DNA from: Chiloscyllium plagiosum
Lineage: Eukaryota
Assembly: GCF_004010195.1 (NCBI RefSeq)
Contig: NC_057756.1
Span: 529,805 to 593,804, forward strand
Length of the DNA: 64,000 bases
Direction: 5' to 3'
Part shown: piece after piece, positions 1 through 13,764 of the stretch
Layout: each line of letters opens with the position of its first letter
Numbering within the stretch: the stretch's first letter is position 1
Made by a program: the position numbers and the translations under genes
Notes under the pieces: model-generated
The model's database searches: none
Told to the model about the DNA's origin: nothing
Seen by the model: only the letters and a program-made list of their open reading frames with translations

Positions 1-1350
1 CATGCCTCACAAGTGTTATTGAGTTCTTTGAGGATGTGATGAAACAAGTTGACGAAGGTCGAACAGTAGATGTGGTGTACATGGATTTCAGTGAGGCATT
101 TGATAAGGTTCCCCACGGTAGGCTCATTCATAAAGTTAGGAGGTATTGCATACAGGGAATTTGGCTAGCTGTATAAAGAACCAGCTGGACAGAAAAGGAC
201 AGCAAGTTTTAGTCGATGAGAAGTATTCTGCTTGGAGGCAGATGACCTTTGGTGTCCTGCAGGGATTTGTTCTTTAGCTTCTGCTCTGTATAGTTTTTAT
301 AAATAACACAGATGAAGAGTGGAAGAGTGGATTAGTATGTTTGCCGATGACAGAAACGTTAGTCGTGTTATAGATAGTAGGCAAAAGTGAGGACTGCAGA
401 TTAGAGTCGAGAGTGTGGTGCTGGAAAAGCACAGCAGGTCAGGCAGTATCCGAGGAGCAGAAAAATCGACGTTTCGGGCAAAATCCCTGCTTCAGAAATG
501 AGGGCTCATTCGTGTTATAGACAGTGTGGGGAGCTGTTGCAAGCTATAACAAGACATTGCCAGGACGCAGATCTGGGCTGAGAAGTGGCAAATGGAGTTC
601 AACCTGGATAAGTGTGATGTGGTTTATTTTGGAAAGTCGGATTTGAATGCTGAATACAGGGTTAAAACCTGGATTCTTGGAAATTTGGAGGATCAGTGGG
701 ATGTTGATGTCCATGTACGTAGATAGTTACCACCCAAGTTTATAGGGTTATTAAGAAGGTGTATGGTGTTTTGGCTTTCATTAACATGGTAATTGAGTTC
801 AATAGGCAACAGGTTTTGTTGCAGCTGTATAAAACCCTGGTTAGACCACTCTTGGAATTTTGTGTCCAGTTCTGGTCGCCTCATTATAGGAAGGATGTAG
901 ATGCTTTCGGGAGGGTGCAAAGGAGATTTTCCAGGATGCTATCTGGATTGGAGAGCGTCTCTTCTAAAGAGAGGTTGAGTGAGCTAGTGCTTTTCACACT
1001 GGAGACAAAAATGAAGAGAGGTGACTTGATAGAGCTGTACAAGGTAATGAGAGACATAGATAGAGTTGGCACCAAAAGACATTTCCCAAAGGCAGAAACG
1101 GCTGTCACGAGGAGTCTGGGAGATGTCAGAGGTACGTTGTTTACACAGAAAGTGGCGGGTTCTTGAAACGCACTGCCAGCGGTGGAAGTAGAGTCATAGA
1201 CATTAGGGGCATTTAATTGATTGTTAGAGAATACCATGAAAGGCAGTTAATTGAGGGCTATGTAGCTTAGGCTGTTCTTAGATTAAGATAAATGCTTGGC
1301 ATAACATTGTGATCCGATGGGCCTATAATGCTGTACTATTATGTTCTATG
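1..1350 (+). mobile_element. CR1-type LINE, 3' part (RT C-terminus and tail), decayed
   Basis: DVVYMDFS and FADD motifs; ORF 759-1166 LYKTLVRPLLEFCVQFWSPHYRKD; tail ending in tgttctatg. Confidence 0.9.
379..509. mobile_element. Short Penelope-like terminal fragment inserted in the CR1
   Basis: Family motif gctggaaaagcacagcaggtcaggcag...cgacgtttcggg; flanking duplication tcgtgttataga(t/c)agt at 363-378 and 510-525. Confidence 0.7.
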
Positions 1351-4300
1351 GTGTGGTATCGGCGCATCAATGGAGTTTTCAAGCATTTTTCCCCCAACTG
1401 ATATCACTGAAAATGCATATCTGGAAGGCAGTGCACCATCCTCTAATGTAATATGGTCAATTTTCAGTCCAAATCAGGTGGCATTATAACAAAATTAATT
1501 CTAATATTTATGTTAACAGTGTACATTCTGAATATATATCCATGCATATTCTATGATGTAAAATAAATGTGAAAAATTAATTCCTGAATAATTATAATTT
1601 GAACAATCAAAGTGAACTTGCTTTTGAATGAAAGCTTCATCTGATAGTCCTTCATGCTTCTATGTAAACACTTATTATTTTCAGTAATAAAGTAATTGTC
1701 GTCAGTAAGTAAACATCCATCCCGATCCTGCAGAGCAGCATGCCTGGAGAATTGCCTTCTGCATCTGAAATTGAAAAGAATGCATTTTTCTTTGGGATAA
1801 CTGTCCGACCATGAGTCTGTCTGCTTGCTGATTAATTGACTTCGCAGCAGTAAAGTTCAGATTTCAGTTACTACATAGGCAGTTTTTCTTTCTCATGCAG
1901 AATTATGCACATTTGCAACAAAAGGCTCAACTGGTTTTCTTTACATTATTTCTCCCTACCTTATTCTTATTTAAGGAGAGAAATATTCAAACTTTGCTTT
2001 GTCACTATTTCATTTGTTACACTGTAAACGAGTTGCATATTAACCAAACATTACTTCCGAAACGATAATGTAAGCGTTAAGTGTGGGAGAGCCGCGGAGT
2101 CAGCAGCAATCATGCTTGCTATGATGGTGGCTCAGTAGCTCCAGTCTCAGATCAGAAAGAGACTGTTCCAGGAAAATCTAGTAAAGAAAGTATGCCTGGA
2201 AATCTCTTTAGCTGTCTCATAAACTGCTCAGTTTGAGCAGAGGAATGAAATGTTACTGCCTACCATTTCTGCCGACAGTCAGGCCCACCTTTCCATTTTA
2301 CTCGCCATGTTTCTCATACACTCATAGACATGGATAGCTTGACAACACAGAAGGAGACCATTCAGCTCATTGCATCTGTGCTCATAAAATAATTTCTGCC
2401 TACTTTATTTCCGTTTTACAGATTTTTGTCCATGACCCTAAGGCTTATCTAAATGCTGCCAAACAGCATCTTTTCAAAATTAAGAATGGAGAAATGTATT
2501 CTTGTTTATGCGTCAAATGCAATTCGTACATGCTGCCTGTTTTCCTGCTTTTCTGCGAGGGTCCACTTTTCACCTACTCTGATCTATTTTAGTTATTATC
2601 ATGAAGTAGATCGTGGTATCACTGATAATGTAATTAGACAAAGCTCTTTGGATGTAAATTACACCCATTATAATATCCATAACAATGCCTCAATGATCAA
2701 AGAACAAAGAACAAAGGAAATCTACAGCCCAGGAACAGGCCCTTCGGCCCTCCAAGACTGAGCGAATCCAAATCTACTGTCTAAACCTGTCGGTCAATTC
2801 CGAAGCATCTGTATCCCTCCGCTCCCCAGACACATCTTAAATGAATCTACCGTGCCTGCCTCTACCACCTCTGCTGGCAACGCATGCCACCACCCTCTGT
2901 GTAATGAACTTGCTGCGTACACAGTATTCTAAATGCGGCCGGACCAATGACTTGTATAATTTTAATATGACTTGCCAGCTCTTATACTCCAAACCCTATC
3001 CAATGAAGGCAAGCATACTATATGCCTTCTTGACCACTCTATCCACCTGTGCAGCAACCTTAAGTGTACAATGGACCTACATTCCCAGATCTCTCTGCCC
3101 ATCAACTTTTCCCAAGGCTCTTCCGTTCATTGCATAATTTGCTCTAGAATGCTTAAATGCATCACTTCACATTTGTTTGGATTGAAAACTATCTGCCATT
3201 TTTCCGCCCAACTCTCCAGTCTATCTTTATCCTCCTGTATTCTCTGGCAGTCCATTATGCTTTCTGCTACTCCACCAATCTTCGTGTCATCTGCGAACTT
3301 GCTGATCATACCAACAGTGCCCTCTTCCAGATCATTTACAAACAACAGTGGCCCCAACACTGACTCCTGTGGAACACCAGTGGTCACCTTTCTCCATTTT
3401 GAGAAACTCCCTTCAACTACAACTCACTGTCTCCTGTTGCTCAAACAGTTCTTTATCCACTTAGCTAGAACACCCTGCGTACCATATGACTTCACTTTCT
3501 CCATTACTCTACCATGGGGAACTTTATCAAATGCCTTACTAAAGTCCATGTACATGACATCAACAGCCCTTCCTTCATCTATCAACTTGGTCACTTCCTC
3601 GATGAATTCTATTATGTTGGTATGGCACGATCTCCCCCGCACAAAACCACGTTGCCTATCACTGATAAGCCCATTCTTTTCAAAATATAAATAGTTCCTA
3701 TCCCTCAGTACCCTCTCCAGCAACTTACTCACCACCAGCACCAGGCTCACTGGTCTGTAGTTGCCTGGAATATCCCTACTACCCTTCTTGTACAGGCGCC
3801 TCACCTGTATGTAAGGATGCCTCAAAGATATCTGTCAGGGCTCCAGCTATTTCCTCTCTCACCTCCCTCTGCAGCCTGGGATAGATCCCATCCGGTCCTG
3901 GGGATTTGTCCACCTTAGCCTCTAGCCTACCCAACGCATCTTCCCAACTTATGTCAACGTGATTCAGACTAATCAAACTTCTATCTCTAATTTCAACATT
4001 CATCATGTTCCTCTCCACAGTGAACACTGATGCAAAGTAATCATTCAGAATCTCACCCATTCTCCCAGGTTCGACACACAACCTTCCTTCATTATCCTTT
4101 AGTGGACCAATCCTTTCTCTAATTACCCATTTTCTTCTTACATAGGAATAGAATGCCTTGGGATTCTCCTTAATTCTGCTTGCTAAAGCTATTTCATGAT
4201 CCCTTTTAGCCCGCATGATTCCTCGTTTAAGACTTGTCCTACTCTTCCGATATTCATCTAGGGCCCGTTCTGTTTTTAGCTGCCTAGACCTTATGTATGC

Positions 4301-6209
4301 TTCCCTTTTTCTCTTGGCTAGTCCTACGATTTCTCCTGTCATCCACGGTTCACGAATCTTGCCCTACCTATCCTTTGTCTTCAACGGGACATGCCAATCC
4401 TGCATTATCTTTGACCTATCTTTGAAAGCCTCCTACATCTCAAATGTGGACTCCCCTTCAAATAGCTGTGTCCAATCCACATTTCTGAGCTCCTGCCTAA
4501 TTTTGATATAATTGGCCTTGGCCAAGTTTAGTACTCTTCCCTTAGGACCACTCTCCTCTTTATCTACGAGTATTCTAAAACTTACAGAATTGTGGTCACT
4601 GTTCCCAAAGAAACCCCTCACTGCAACTTCTACCACCTGTCCTGCCTCGTTCTCCTGTACTAGATCCAATATGTCCCCTTTCCTCGTAGGACTGCTCTAG
4701 AAAACTCTCCTGGTCTCTTCTTATAAATTCTACCCCAGCCAAACCTCTGACGCTAAGAGTATCCCAGTCAATGTTGGGAAAATTAAAATCTCCCATCACC
4801 ACTACCCCATTGTCTCTACATCTTTCCAGAATCTGTTTGCCTATTTGTTTTTTCTACTTCATGCTCACTGTAATACAGCTCCAACAATGTAACTGCACCC
4901 TACTTATTTCTCAGGTCTACCCATAATGCCTCAATAACCAAGATCTCCATAGTGTCCTCCTTTAGCACATGCGTTAATATCATCCCTGACCAGCAATGCA
5001 ACTCCACCCCTCCTTTTTCTTCCCTCTCTGTCCTGTCTGCAGCGTCTATATCCTGGAACATTTAGTTGCAAATCATCACGCTCTTCCTTCAACCTTTCTC
5101 TGTGATTGTAATAATGTCATACTCCCAGGCACCAATCCAAGCCCTAAGTTCATCTGCCTTACACACTATACTTCTTGCATTAAAGTAGATGCATTTCAGG
5201 TCACCAGTTGTTTTGCACTCATCTGCTCTCTGCCTACTCTTCCCTTTATTAATGCTATCTTCATCATTCTTACAGTCTCCAATCTCCACCTCGCTGCCTA
5301 ATTGTTTTCTCTTCTGGTTCCCAGTCCCCTGCCACATTAGTTAAAACCTCTCCAGCAGCAGTAGCAAAAACTCCCCCAAGGACATTGGTTCAGGTCTGGT
5401 TCAGATATAGACCATCTATTTTGTAATAGTCCCACCTTCCCAGAACCGGTCCCAATGTCCAACAAATCTGAACCCCTCCCTCCTACACCATTTCTCAAAC
5501 CACGTGTTCATCTTGCCTTTTTTTATTTCTACGCTGGCTAGCAAGTGGCACTGGTAGTAATCCTGACATTACTACCTTTGAGGTTCTCCTCATTAACTTC
5601 TCTCCTAACTCCCTGAATTCTCCTTACAGGACCTCATCGCGTTTTCTACTTATAGCATTGGTGTGCATATGTACCAAGGCAACTGGTTGTTCACCATTCT
5701 CTTTTAGAATGCTCTGTAGCCAATTGCTGACATCCCTGACGCAAGCACCTGGGAGGCAACATACCATCCGGGAGTCCCATTTTCGGCCACAGAACCGCCT
5801 ATCTACTCCCCTCACAATAGAATCCCCTATGACTATGGCCCAATAATCCTTTTCCCGCCCTTCTGCACAACAGTGCCCGCCATGGTGCCATGATCTTGAC
5901 AACTGCTTTCCTCTGCTGGTGAGCCATCTCCCCCAATAGTCTCCAAAACGGTATACCTGTTTTGGAGGGAGATGACCGCAGGGGACATCTGCACTGCTTT
6001 CCTACTCTTTTTCTATCTTTTGGTCACCCATTCACTGTCTCTCTCAGCAATCCTAACCTGGTGTGACCAGTTCACTAAACGTGCTATCCACGACTTCCTC
6101 AGTATTGCCGATGTTCCACAGTGATTCCATCCACAGCTCCAGAGTCACCATGCGGTCAAACAGGAGCTGCAGCTGGACACATTTCTTGCAAGGGTAAGAG
6201 TCAGGAATG

Positions 6210-6304
6210 AGCTGAAAATGTGTTGCTGGAAAAGTGCAGCAGGTCAGGCAGCATCCAAGGAGCAGGAGAATCGACGTTTCGGGCATAAGCCCTTCTTCAG
6301 GAAT
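6210..6304. mobile_element. Short Penelope-like terminal fragment
   Basis: Same ~95-bp family as at 12692 and 17599; tcaggaat on both sides. Confidence 0.75.
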
Positions 6305-6414
6305 CACTTTCCTGAGCTCCCACATCAATCAAAAGACACATGCCACGGGTCTGAGGTGCCCTGCCATTGTAAGCTTAGCTTTATATGAACTGACTAAAAC
6401 CAAACAAAGCACTT

Positions 6415-6777
6415 AAATATATGAAAAAGAAAGATAAGAAGGAAATAAAAACCTTTACCTTACAGAGTCTTTTTCTTCTGATTAGAGCAAGGGGGTTGAA
6501 GGGAGATACTACAATTGTAGTATCTCGGGTTTAGCCACTGCCCAAATATAAATTCAACCCTTACCTTCCCGGCAGTCCTCTCTTCACCTCACCACCAAAT
6601 ATATGAAAAAGAAAGATAAGAAAGAAATAAAAACCTTTACCTTACAGAGTCTTTTTCTTCTGATTAGAGCAAGGGGTTGAAGGGAGATACTACAATTGTA
6701 GTATCTCGGGTTTAGCCACTGCCCAAATATAAATTCAACCTTTACCTTCCCGGCAGTCCTCTCTTCACCTCACCACC
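6415..6777. repeat. Tandem direct duplication (182 + 181 bp) in the CR1 5' region
   Basis: 6415-6596 and 6597-6777 are nearly identical. Confidence 0.95.
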
Positions 6778-6834
6778 TCTCTTCGCCGCTCTGGAAAAAT
6801 GGGTAGCACCTGGCCCAAATTTAATCTATCACCC

Positions 6835-8150
6835 TATCATGGAATTGTATAGCATGGAAACAGAGTCTTTGATCCATCTAGTACATAGACACCAGAATCC
6901 CACACGAATCTAGTCCCAACTGCCTGCGCTTCGCTAATATCCCTTCAAAGTTTTATTGCTCATGTTTTATCCCAGTGTCTTTTGATCACTACAGCGGTAC
7001 CTACATTCATCATTTCCTCTGGAATTTCTTTCACACACGATACTCCCTGTTTAAAAAGGCTTTCTCCTATTTTTAAAAATCTTCTCCTCTCAACTTAAAA
7101 CTATATCCCCTAATCTTAATTTTTCTTACCATAGAGAAAAGACGCTTTCCATTCACCTTGTCTATACCTGTCATGATTTTCTAAATCACTCTAAAGTCAG
7201 CCGTCAAAATCTTTCACTGCAGTGAAAAACAAATTTCAGTCTATCTAGTCTCTCCTGATAACTCCAGCCCTCAAATCCAGGAAAAATCCTAGCAAATATC
7301 TTCTGAACCCTCTCCAATTTAATAATGTCCTTCCTGTAACAAGGCGAACAGAATTGGACACAATTTTCTAGAAGACACCTTACCAACGTCCTGTGCAACT
7401 TCTGCACAATGTTCCAAATTCCTTTACTCCAAGGTCTGAATAGTGAAGGCAAGCATGCTAAACGCCTTCTTAATGATATTCTCTACATGTGCAGCAAACT
7501 TCAATCGTATTATGTCTCTGATCCCTTAGATCTCTATGTTCCAAACATTGTCCAAGACCCTACGTTTAATTGCATAAATCCTGCCCTGCTTTGTTTTCAC
7601 CAAAATACAATACCTCGTATTTATCCAAATTAAACACAAACTGCCATTTCTCAGTCCACTGACTCAAACTGATCATGATCACTGTAAGCATAGATAACAT
7701 TATTTAACCAATTTTGATGTTGTCCGGTCATTACTAACCTTGCCTTCCATATCCTCATCTAAATCATTAACCTAAATGACAAAGAAAGCGGAGTGCGCAG
7801 CGATCCCTGTGGAACACCACTGATAAAAGGCCTGCAGTCCGAAAGAAACAACTGTCCATCATTTCTCTCCATCTTTTGATGTTAAGCCAATTTTGCATCC
7901 AAGTGTCAACTCATGCTGAATCTCATGTGATTTAACTTTACTGCTCAGTCTACCATGCAGAATCTTATCAAAGTCTTTACTAATGTCCAAGTGTACACCA
8001 TCTACTGTCCCACTCTTAACAATCTTCTTGGTTACTTCCACAAAGATCTGAATGAATTTACTGAAACACAATTTCCCTCGCGCGAACGCATGATGACTAT
8101 CCTTAATTATTCCTAATCTTATCAAATGCATATAAACTATCTGTTTCAGA
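6835..8150 (-). mobile_element. Older CR1-type LINE 3' part
   Basis: LVRCLLENCVQFCSPCYRKDIIKLERVQ; LDISKDFDKILH. Confidence 0.85.
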
Positions 8151-8559
8151 ATGAGAAAATAAAATTCACTTGAACACTTCAACTAACGTTCTATTTCTCA
8201 ATGTCAATTTATACCAGTCCCCAGAAATTGATTATTTTACAAGTACGGAAAGTGCCTTCCTGTTCACACCATGTCTCCTCATAATCATTATTACCAATAT
8301 AAACTTACCTACTAGCCATATTTGCTCCAATTGAGAGAATCCCAGCCTAAACAATCTTTCCTCTCTCCAGCGAAAGGAACATCCTAATCGAAGTCCACTG
8401 CACCTTTTCTTATGCTGTCGTATTTTTCTTGTAATATGCTGACGCAATTTGCATGCAGTATTCTGGTTGCTTTAAACAACAACTGCTGTGCTATTTCAAC
8501 ATAACCTTGCTGTTCTTGTATTCGATGACTAGCATAGTACCCACTATCATGATCATCAT

Positions 8560-8870
8560 TGTTGTGGTTCTGTTCACCGAGCTGGGAATTTGTGTTGCAG
8601 ACGTTTCGTCCCCTGTCTAGGTGACATCCTCAGTGCTTGGGACCCTCCTGTGAAGCGCTTCTGTGATGTTTCCTCCGGCATTTATAATGGTTTGTCTCTG
8701 CCGCTTCCGGTTGTCAGTTCCAGCTGTCCGCTGCAGTGGCCGGTATATTGGGTCCATGTCGATGTGTTTGTTGATAGAATCTGTGGATGAGTGCCATGCC
8801 TCTAGGCATTCCCTGGCTGTTCTCTGTTTGGCTTGTCCTATAATAGTAGTGTTGTCCCAGTCGAACTCAT
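8560..8870 (-). mobile_element. Penelope-like element 3' end (C-terminal GIY-YIG region and terminal sequence)
   Basis: HEFDWDNTTIIGQAKQRTARECLEAWH...INKHIDMDPIY resembles the PLE endonuclease C-terminus; followed by a hammerhead motif. Confidence 0.8.
8597..8636 (-). ncRNA. Minimal type I hammerhead ribozyme motif
   Basis: Minus strand gca-CTGAGGA-t-gtcacct-agac-aggggac-GAAA-CG-TC-tgc: intact core, stem II, 3-bp stem I, palindromic ACGU stem III. Confidence 0.75.
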
Positions 8871-10500
8871 GTATTGAGCCCTGCAAAACTTCATTGGAAA
8901 TAGATTTCCAGTAACAGAAAATTCCTATACAATCACGTTCCGCTTCTTGCCTCTCATTGACTTTTGGATCCAAAGTACAATTTCCCTTAGCTCACAGTTT
9001 TCTTTTAACAAGGAACGAAGAACCGTGGTTTCTGGTGGCCTGAAGCAAAAGCACAATTAAGAGGTGCTCCAGCATGTTCTGTTTTTCGCCTTATTTTACT
9101 GACTAATGTTCCAAGACGAACTTGATTAAGCACTTTCTGAGAATGTGTATAGACCCCATCAAACATACAATCGTCATAAACACTCTTCATTAACATTTTT
9201 TTTAAACAACAATTTTGTGAAACACTTGATTTGTTGAAAACAATGCCAAATGTCCGTGATTTGATCACGGGTGCATTCTGTCTCAGAATTCATTCAATAA
9301 TTTCCCCACAGTAAATCTGCACTGATGGGCCACTTACTTCCTAACCTATTACTTCCACTTATTTTAACATGGGTGTGTAGTAGCAGTCCTCCATCTCTGT
9401 GAATTACCAATTGTGGCCAATGAGGTTTTGAACATTTCTACAAGAACCCCTGAGATGTTTCTGTTTGCCACCCTCAACAGCATTGGAAACATATCTGCGG
9501 TCTTAGAGTTATCCACTTTTAAGGCTGTTGTACCCTATAGTTGCTCCTCTCTCTCAGTTTAAATGTGTTCTAACCTCCCCTAATCCTTCACCCGAATGTT
9601 TCTGTCTGCGTCTTCCTTTTTACATTCTGAAGAGCAGCGCAAGTTATTTGTGGAATAGCTTGTCATGTGTTGCAGGTTCAGACACAGATTGCCTTTTTGT
9701 TCCTTCATCCGTCCTATTTTTATCATCGACCTCCTGTTGTCTTCACATAATCTATCTATTACTTCATCATGTGCCTTCTTTTACTTTTCGAATTTCTTGA
9801 TTAAATCACCCCACCCACCCATTTCTTTCCAACATACAATGCCACACTGCGTCCTCAGTATCCACTATATGTTCTTTGTTCTCTCCTTTATATTAATCCA
9901 CGTATTCAAAATGTATGCCTTTACGGGCATACATTTGCCCTGTTATTTTAACTATTTCCTACCTCAGTGGATCCCGCTACATGTTAAAATTCAAGTAGAA
10001 GCTCACATTGTCCTCGGGCAAAATAATATCTTGTAATCATATAGTCAGGTTTAATGAATGGTCTGTTCTTATCCTTCCTCCATGAACCTAGTAAATCTAA
10101 GCAAATGCTGGTCATTGTTTCAAAATAATGGACTGAGACTGATGCACGGACAACCCGTTGTGCCCATTGCTGCACATTCTATCTGGAGCTGCACCCTTGC
10201 TGAGTTATCTAATTTGCACACGACATCTATACCAGTTAGTAGTTGGGTAATTAAAAACCATACCGTTTTCTCTGAAATAGTCTTCATCCCTTCTTGCTTA
10301 TGGTGTTATAGTCGATCTGTTCTCACTCCCTGGTTGTTCTCGGCGTTTATTTTACACCTGAAAACGTGGTAGCCCCGGTTCCAGGTATTTTCTTTTCATG
10401 ATTTCTAACGGTAGGACCTCATTAGATGATCCTTCCAAGATACGATCACTTTTTATTGCTATCATTGATTCAATGATCAATTTTTGGTACCATCCTTCTC
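8870..10500 (-). mobile_element. Heavily decayed CR1-type LINE
   Basis: Degenerate similarity to the other CR1 copies (GVYT.SQKVLNQV; ttatccacttt region); continues the 8330-8530 fragment. Confidence 0.5.
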
Positions 10501-11189
10501 TTCATTCCGCTTCTCTACTTGTCTCAGTATTCTATAGTTGTCAGCTATGTGCGTCTTTCAGATAGCTGTATAGCTTTAACAATGAGGCACGAGGGAGAAT
10601 TGAAGATTCCTAAATCATCCGTATCATTTCAGTGAGATGTGATAATTGCATGACTTAGATGCGTTGCATTTAAACAGATCGTAACAAAAGTCATTTCGTT
10701 CTTGTTTGATAATTCTGACAGAGTTGATTTAAAATAGCATCGCAGGAAATGGGATATTTGAATGGTCCAGACCTGACCCACTCAAAACATTTCAAGAAAA
10801 AAGCCAAGACCCTAACTTTGCGAGTTGTTTTAAGTAGGTGTGAAGTGGATATTCCAGCAGAGGTACCACGGATCAGATCACTTAGTTTTAAACAAACAGA
10901 ATTTATTTACAAGATTACTAAATGAAACACAAACAACAGAGATCAGAATGCAGAATAACCCTCACAATGCCAAATGTTGAACTGGATTAAAATTAATAGG
11001 GATCTGTGAGATCTGAAATCACAAACTTGACAAAAAAAAGATCAGCGTAATCTGACTGCATCAGACTTGATTGACAGTACTACATGCAGTTTTGGCTAAA
11101 ACTTGTAAGGCAGGGAGAATTATCTTGCAAGTTTCACGTGACAATATTTTTATACTTAATTTCTGCCATCGATAGACATAATTTATATT

Positions 11190-11467
11190 ATATTAGATTA
11201 CAGTGTGGAAACAGGCCCTTCGGCCCAACAAGTCCACACCGACCCGCAGAAGCGCAACCCACCCACACCCCTACCCCTACATTTACCCCTTACCTAACAC
11301 TACGGGCAATTTAGCATGGCAAATTCACCTGACCTCCACATCTTTGGACTGTGGGAGGAAACCAGCGCACCTGGAGAACGTGCAAACTCCACACAGTCAG
11401 TCGCCTGAGGCGGGAATCGAACCCGGATCTCTGGCGCTGTGAGGCAGCAGTGCCACCGTGCCGCCCA
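11190..11467 (-). mobile_element. tRNA-derived V-SINE (HE1-like)
   Basis: Minus strand gggcggcacggtggc head, B-box ggttcgattccc, tgtgtggagtttgcac core, CR1-like tail. Confidence 0.9.
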
Positions 11468-12691
11468 TAATGTTACATGTTCGTCATTCACCAGGCCATC
11501 ACATTGAACCTTGATCTGTGTTGTCCTATTGACTTTCCAATTACTCCCGTCATTCCATAACTTTGTTTTTCATATAAATGTTTTGTTTGGAATAAAAGTA
11601 GTAAATCAAAACATGCGAGGAGCCATTTACAATAAAAAAGCTTGCCAAGGTTAATGAATTCAGCCTGTGTCATGTTTGCTTGGCTCAAGTAGGGTCTTGG
11701 ACAAATTGAATGGCTTAACAACAAGCTCCATCTAAACAATCTGGCATCTTTTGTCCTTAAATTTTTCTACAAACTTCAATGGGTTATGATCAGTACGTGT
11801 GCTTGTCTCAGGTACGTTACTGTTAACATAAACATTAAAATCTTGTAAAACCAAGCTCAAAATCTCCTTCTCAACTGTAGAATATTTCTGCTCCTAGAGA
11901 TATGCCTGATAGGTCTTTCTATGTTGTCGTCATCTTCCTCTAAGGGAACAGCACTGACACACATTACTTGCATTGACAGCCACGTCAAATAACTGCACAT
12001 AATTTGAGGTGGCTAATACAGGGGCAGTGGTTAACACAGCTTTCAGGCTATCAAATGTATCCTGACATTCCGCTGTCCACTAAATCTTCTTGCCCTTCTT
12101 TAGCAATTCAGTGAGTGGAGCAGCCACACTGCTAAAAGTTGGTACATATTTTCAATAAAATCTACTTAGTCCCAGGAGCCAAACACTGCTTTTTTTGTCA
12201 ATGGTATGGGAAACCCCCCAATTACATTTGTTTCTGCATCCCGTGGGGCCTTTTGTCCATTTCACAGAACATAGCTCAGGGCTATGGCAAATTCACTTTT
12301 AGCCATGTTTATCACCAAGCCTGTCTTCCAAAGTCGATCGAACAAGTCTGATAAATGTTGCAAATATTCCTTCCATGTGCGACTAAGAATCATCAGGTTG
12401 GGTAGTACAGCAATGACATCATTGGTTAGTCTCTGAAATGTGGCTGGTGCATTTTTTTTTAATATCAAATGGCATGAATTTGAACTGATTCAGTCCTTTT
12501 GGTGTTACGAAAGCTGAAATTGCCTTTGCTCTTTTTGACAAAGGTACCATCCATTATCCTCTGAGCAAGCCCAACATAGAAATACAGCTTGCTTGTCCCA
12601 CCTTTTCAATGCAGTCTTCCAAACGCAGAATCGGGTTTGCATCAGCCTTTGTAACTGCAATGACTTTACCATAGTCCACACATAATCGTTG

Positions 12692-12784
12692 GCTGAAAAT
12701 GTGTTGCTGGAAAAGCGCAGCAGGTCAGGCAGCATCCAAGTAACAGGAGAATCGACGTTTCGGGCATAAGCCCTTCTTCAGAAT
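12692..12784. mobile_element. Short Penelope-like terminal fragment inserted in the Gypsy RT
   Basis: Near identical to 6210-6304. Confidence 0.75.
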
Positions 12785-13764
12785 AGTATCTCCTATCTCT
12801 CCATCATGTATGATAAGGTTAGTGCTTTCCATCTTATTTCCACGTATCTCCCCATGTTATAGCAATAACTCTTTCAGGTCATTTTGATTTTTCTCTGGAA
12901 GGTAACTCAATAATTTATCCCAATTTCTGACATCTTCCTCATTGTCCAACTTAATTTGAAGAATGTCCAATTCAGCATCCTCTGAACTTGGTTCTTGACT
13001 CTGTGTTGTAGCCAATAAAATAGTCTGCTCTCGCTTTTCTTCCCCGTCAAAATATCTTTTGAGCATATTCACATGACGCACTCTGTGAGATCCCTTTCTC
13101 TCTGGGGTCCTTGTGAAAATGTTCGCCTCACTCAATTTCCTTTCGACTTGATAATGTTCACTGTACTTTGCTTTTAAAGGTTCACTATGACCGGAAGTAA
13201 TACAAACACCTAATCGCCCATTGCAAAACTGCGGGTTTTTGCTTTCTTCTCTGCTTCCTATTTCATTGCATACTGCGATACTTTTAAATTCTGTGCCAAC
13301 TCTCCTGCACTCCATAGTTGCCGAAAATTTGACACCTATTCCAAATATGTGGTCTTTGAATTCTGACTTACCAATTTCTCCTTGAACAATTTCAGTGATC
13401 CTCTCACCTTGTGCCTAAAAAAAACTAATTCAAATGGACTGAATGTGGTCGATTCATTTGGTGCATCTCTGATCACAAAAAGTACAAGCAGAATTCCCTT
13501 ATCCCTATCATCTGGATATTCCTGAAGAGAGGCCTAAAACATAGTTTGTAATATCCGATGCCACATTTGTAGGGCTCCCTGCGACTCTGGATCATCCGCA
13601 GTAGATTTGAATTGTATTATTCCCAAGCTGCGCATAAATTACTAGAATAATTTTGATGCAAAGTTTGACCCTTGATCTGATTGTATCTCTGTGATTTGTC
13701 CATATCTAACGCAACATTTGCGTAATGGGATGGCCTCTGGGAATCTACTGGGCACATTCTTTTA

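Larger units (their letters stand above)
2699..6800 (-). mobile_element. Near full-length CR1-type LINE (esterase-type ORF1, APE endonuclease, RT), disrupted
   Basis: ORF1 IVIGDSIVRGVDRRFCG (5624-5902); APE CIYFNARSI and MGDFNFPNIDW; RT NYRPVSL, YMDFSKAFDKVPH, KFADDTK; aagaacaaagaac tail near 2700. Confidence 0.93.

Noticed and set aside
1901..1933. Possible 33-nt phase-1 microexon (LCTFATKGST)
   Set aside because: Good acceptor but very poor donor (gttttc); length and composition do not match the array.
2972..3694. 240-aa + strand ORF (likewise 45116-45835 on the - strand)
   Set aside because: Antisense shadow of the CR1 RT frame.
11400..11467. tRNA gene
   Set aside because: It is the tRNA-derived head of a SINE, followed by the SINE core and tail; no full cloverleaf.
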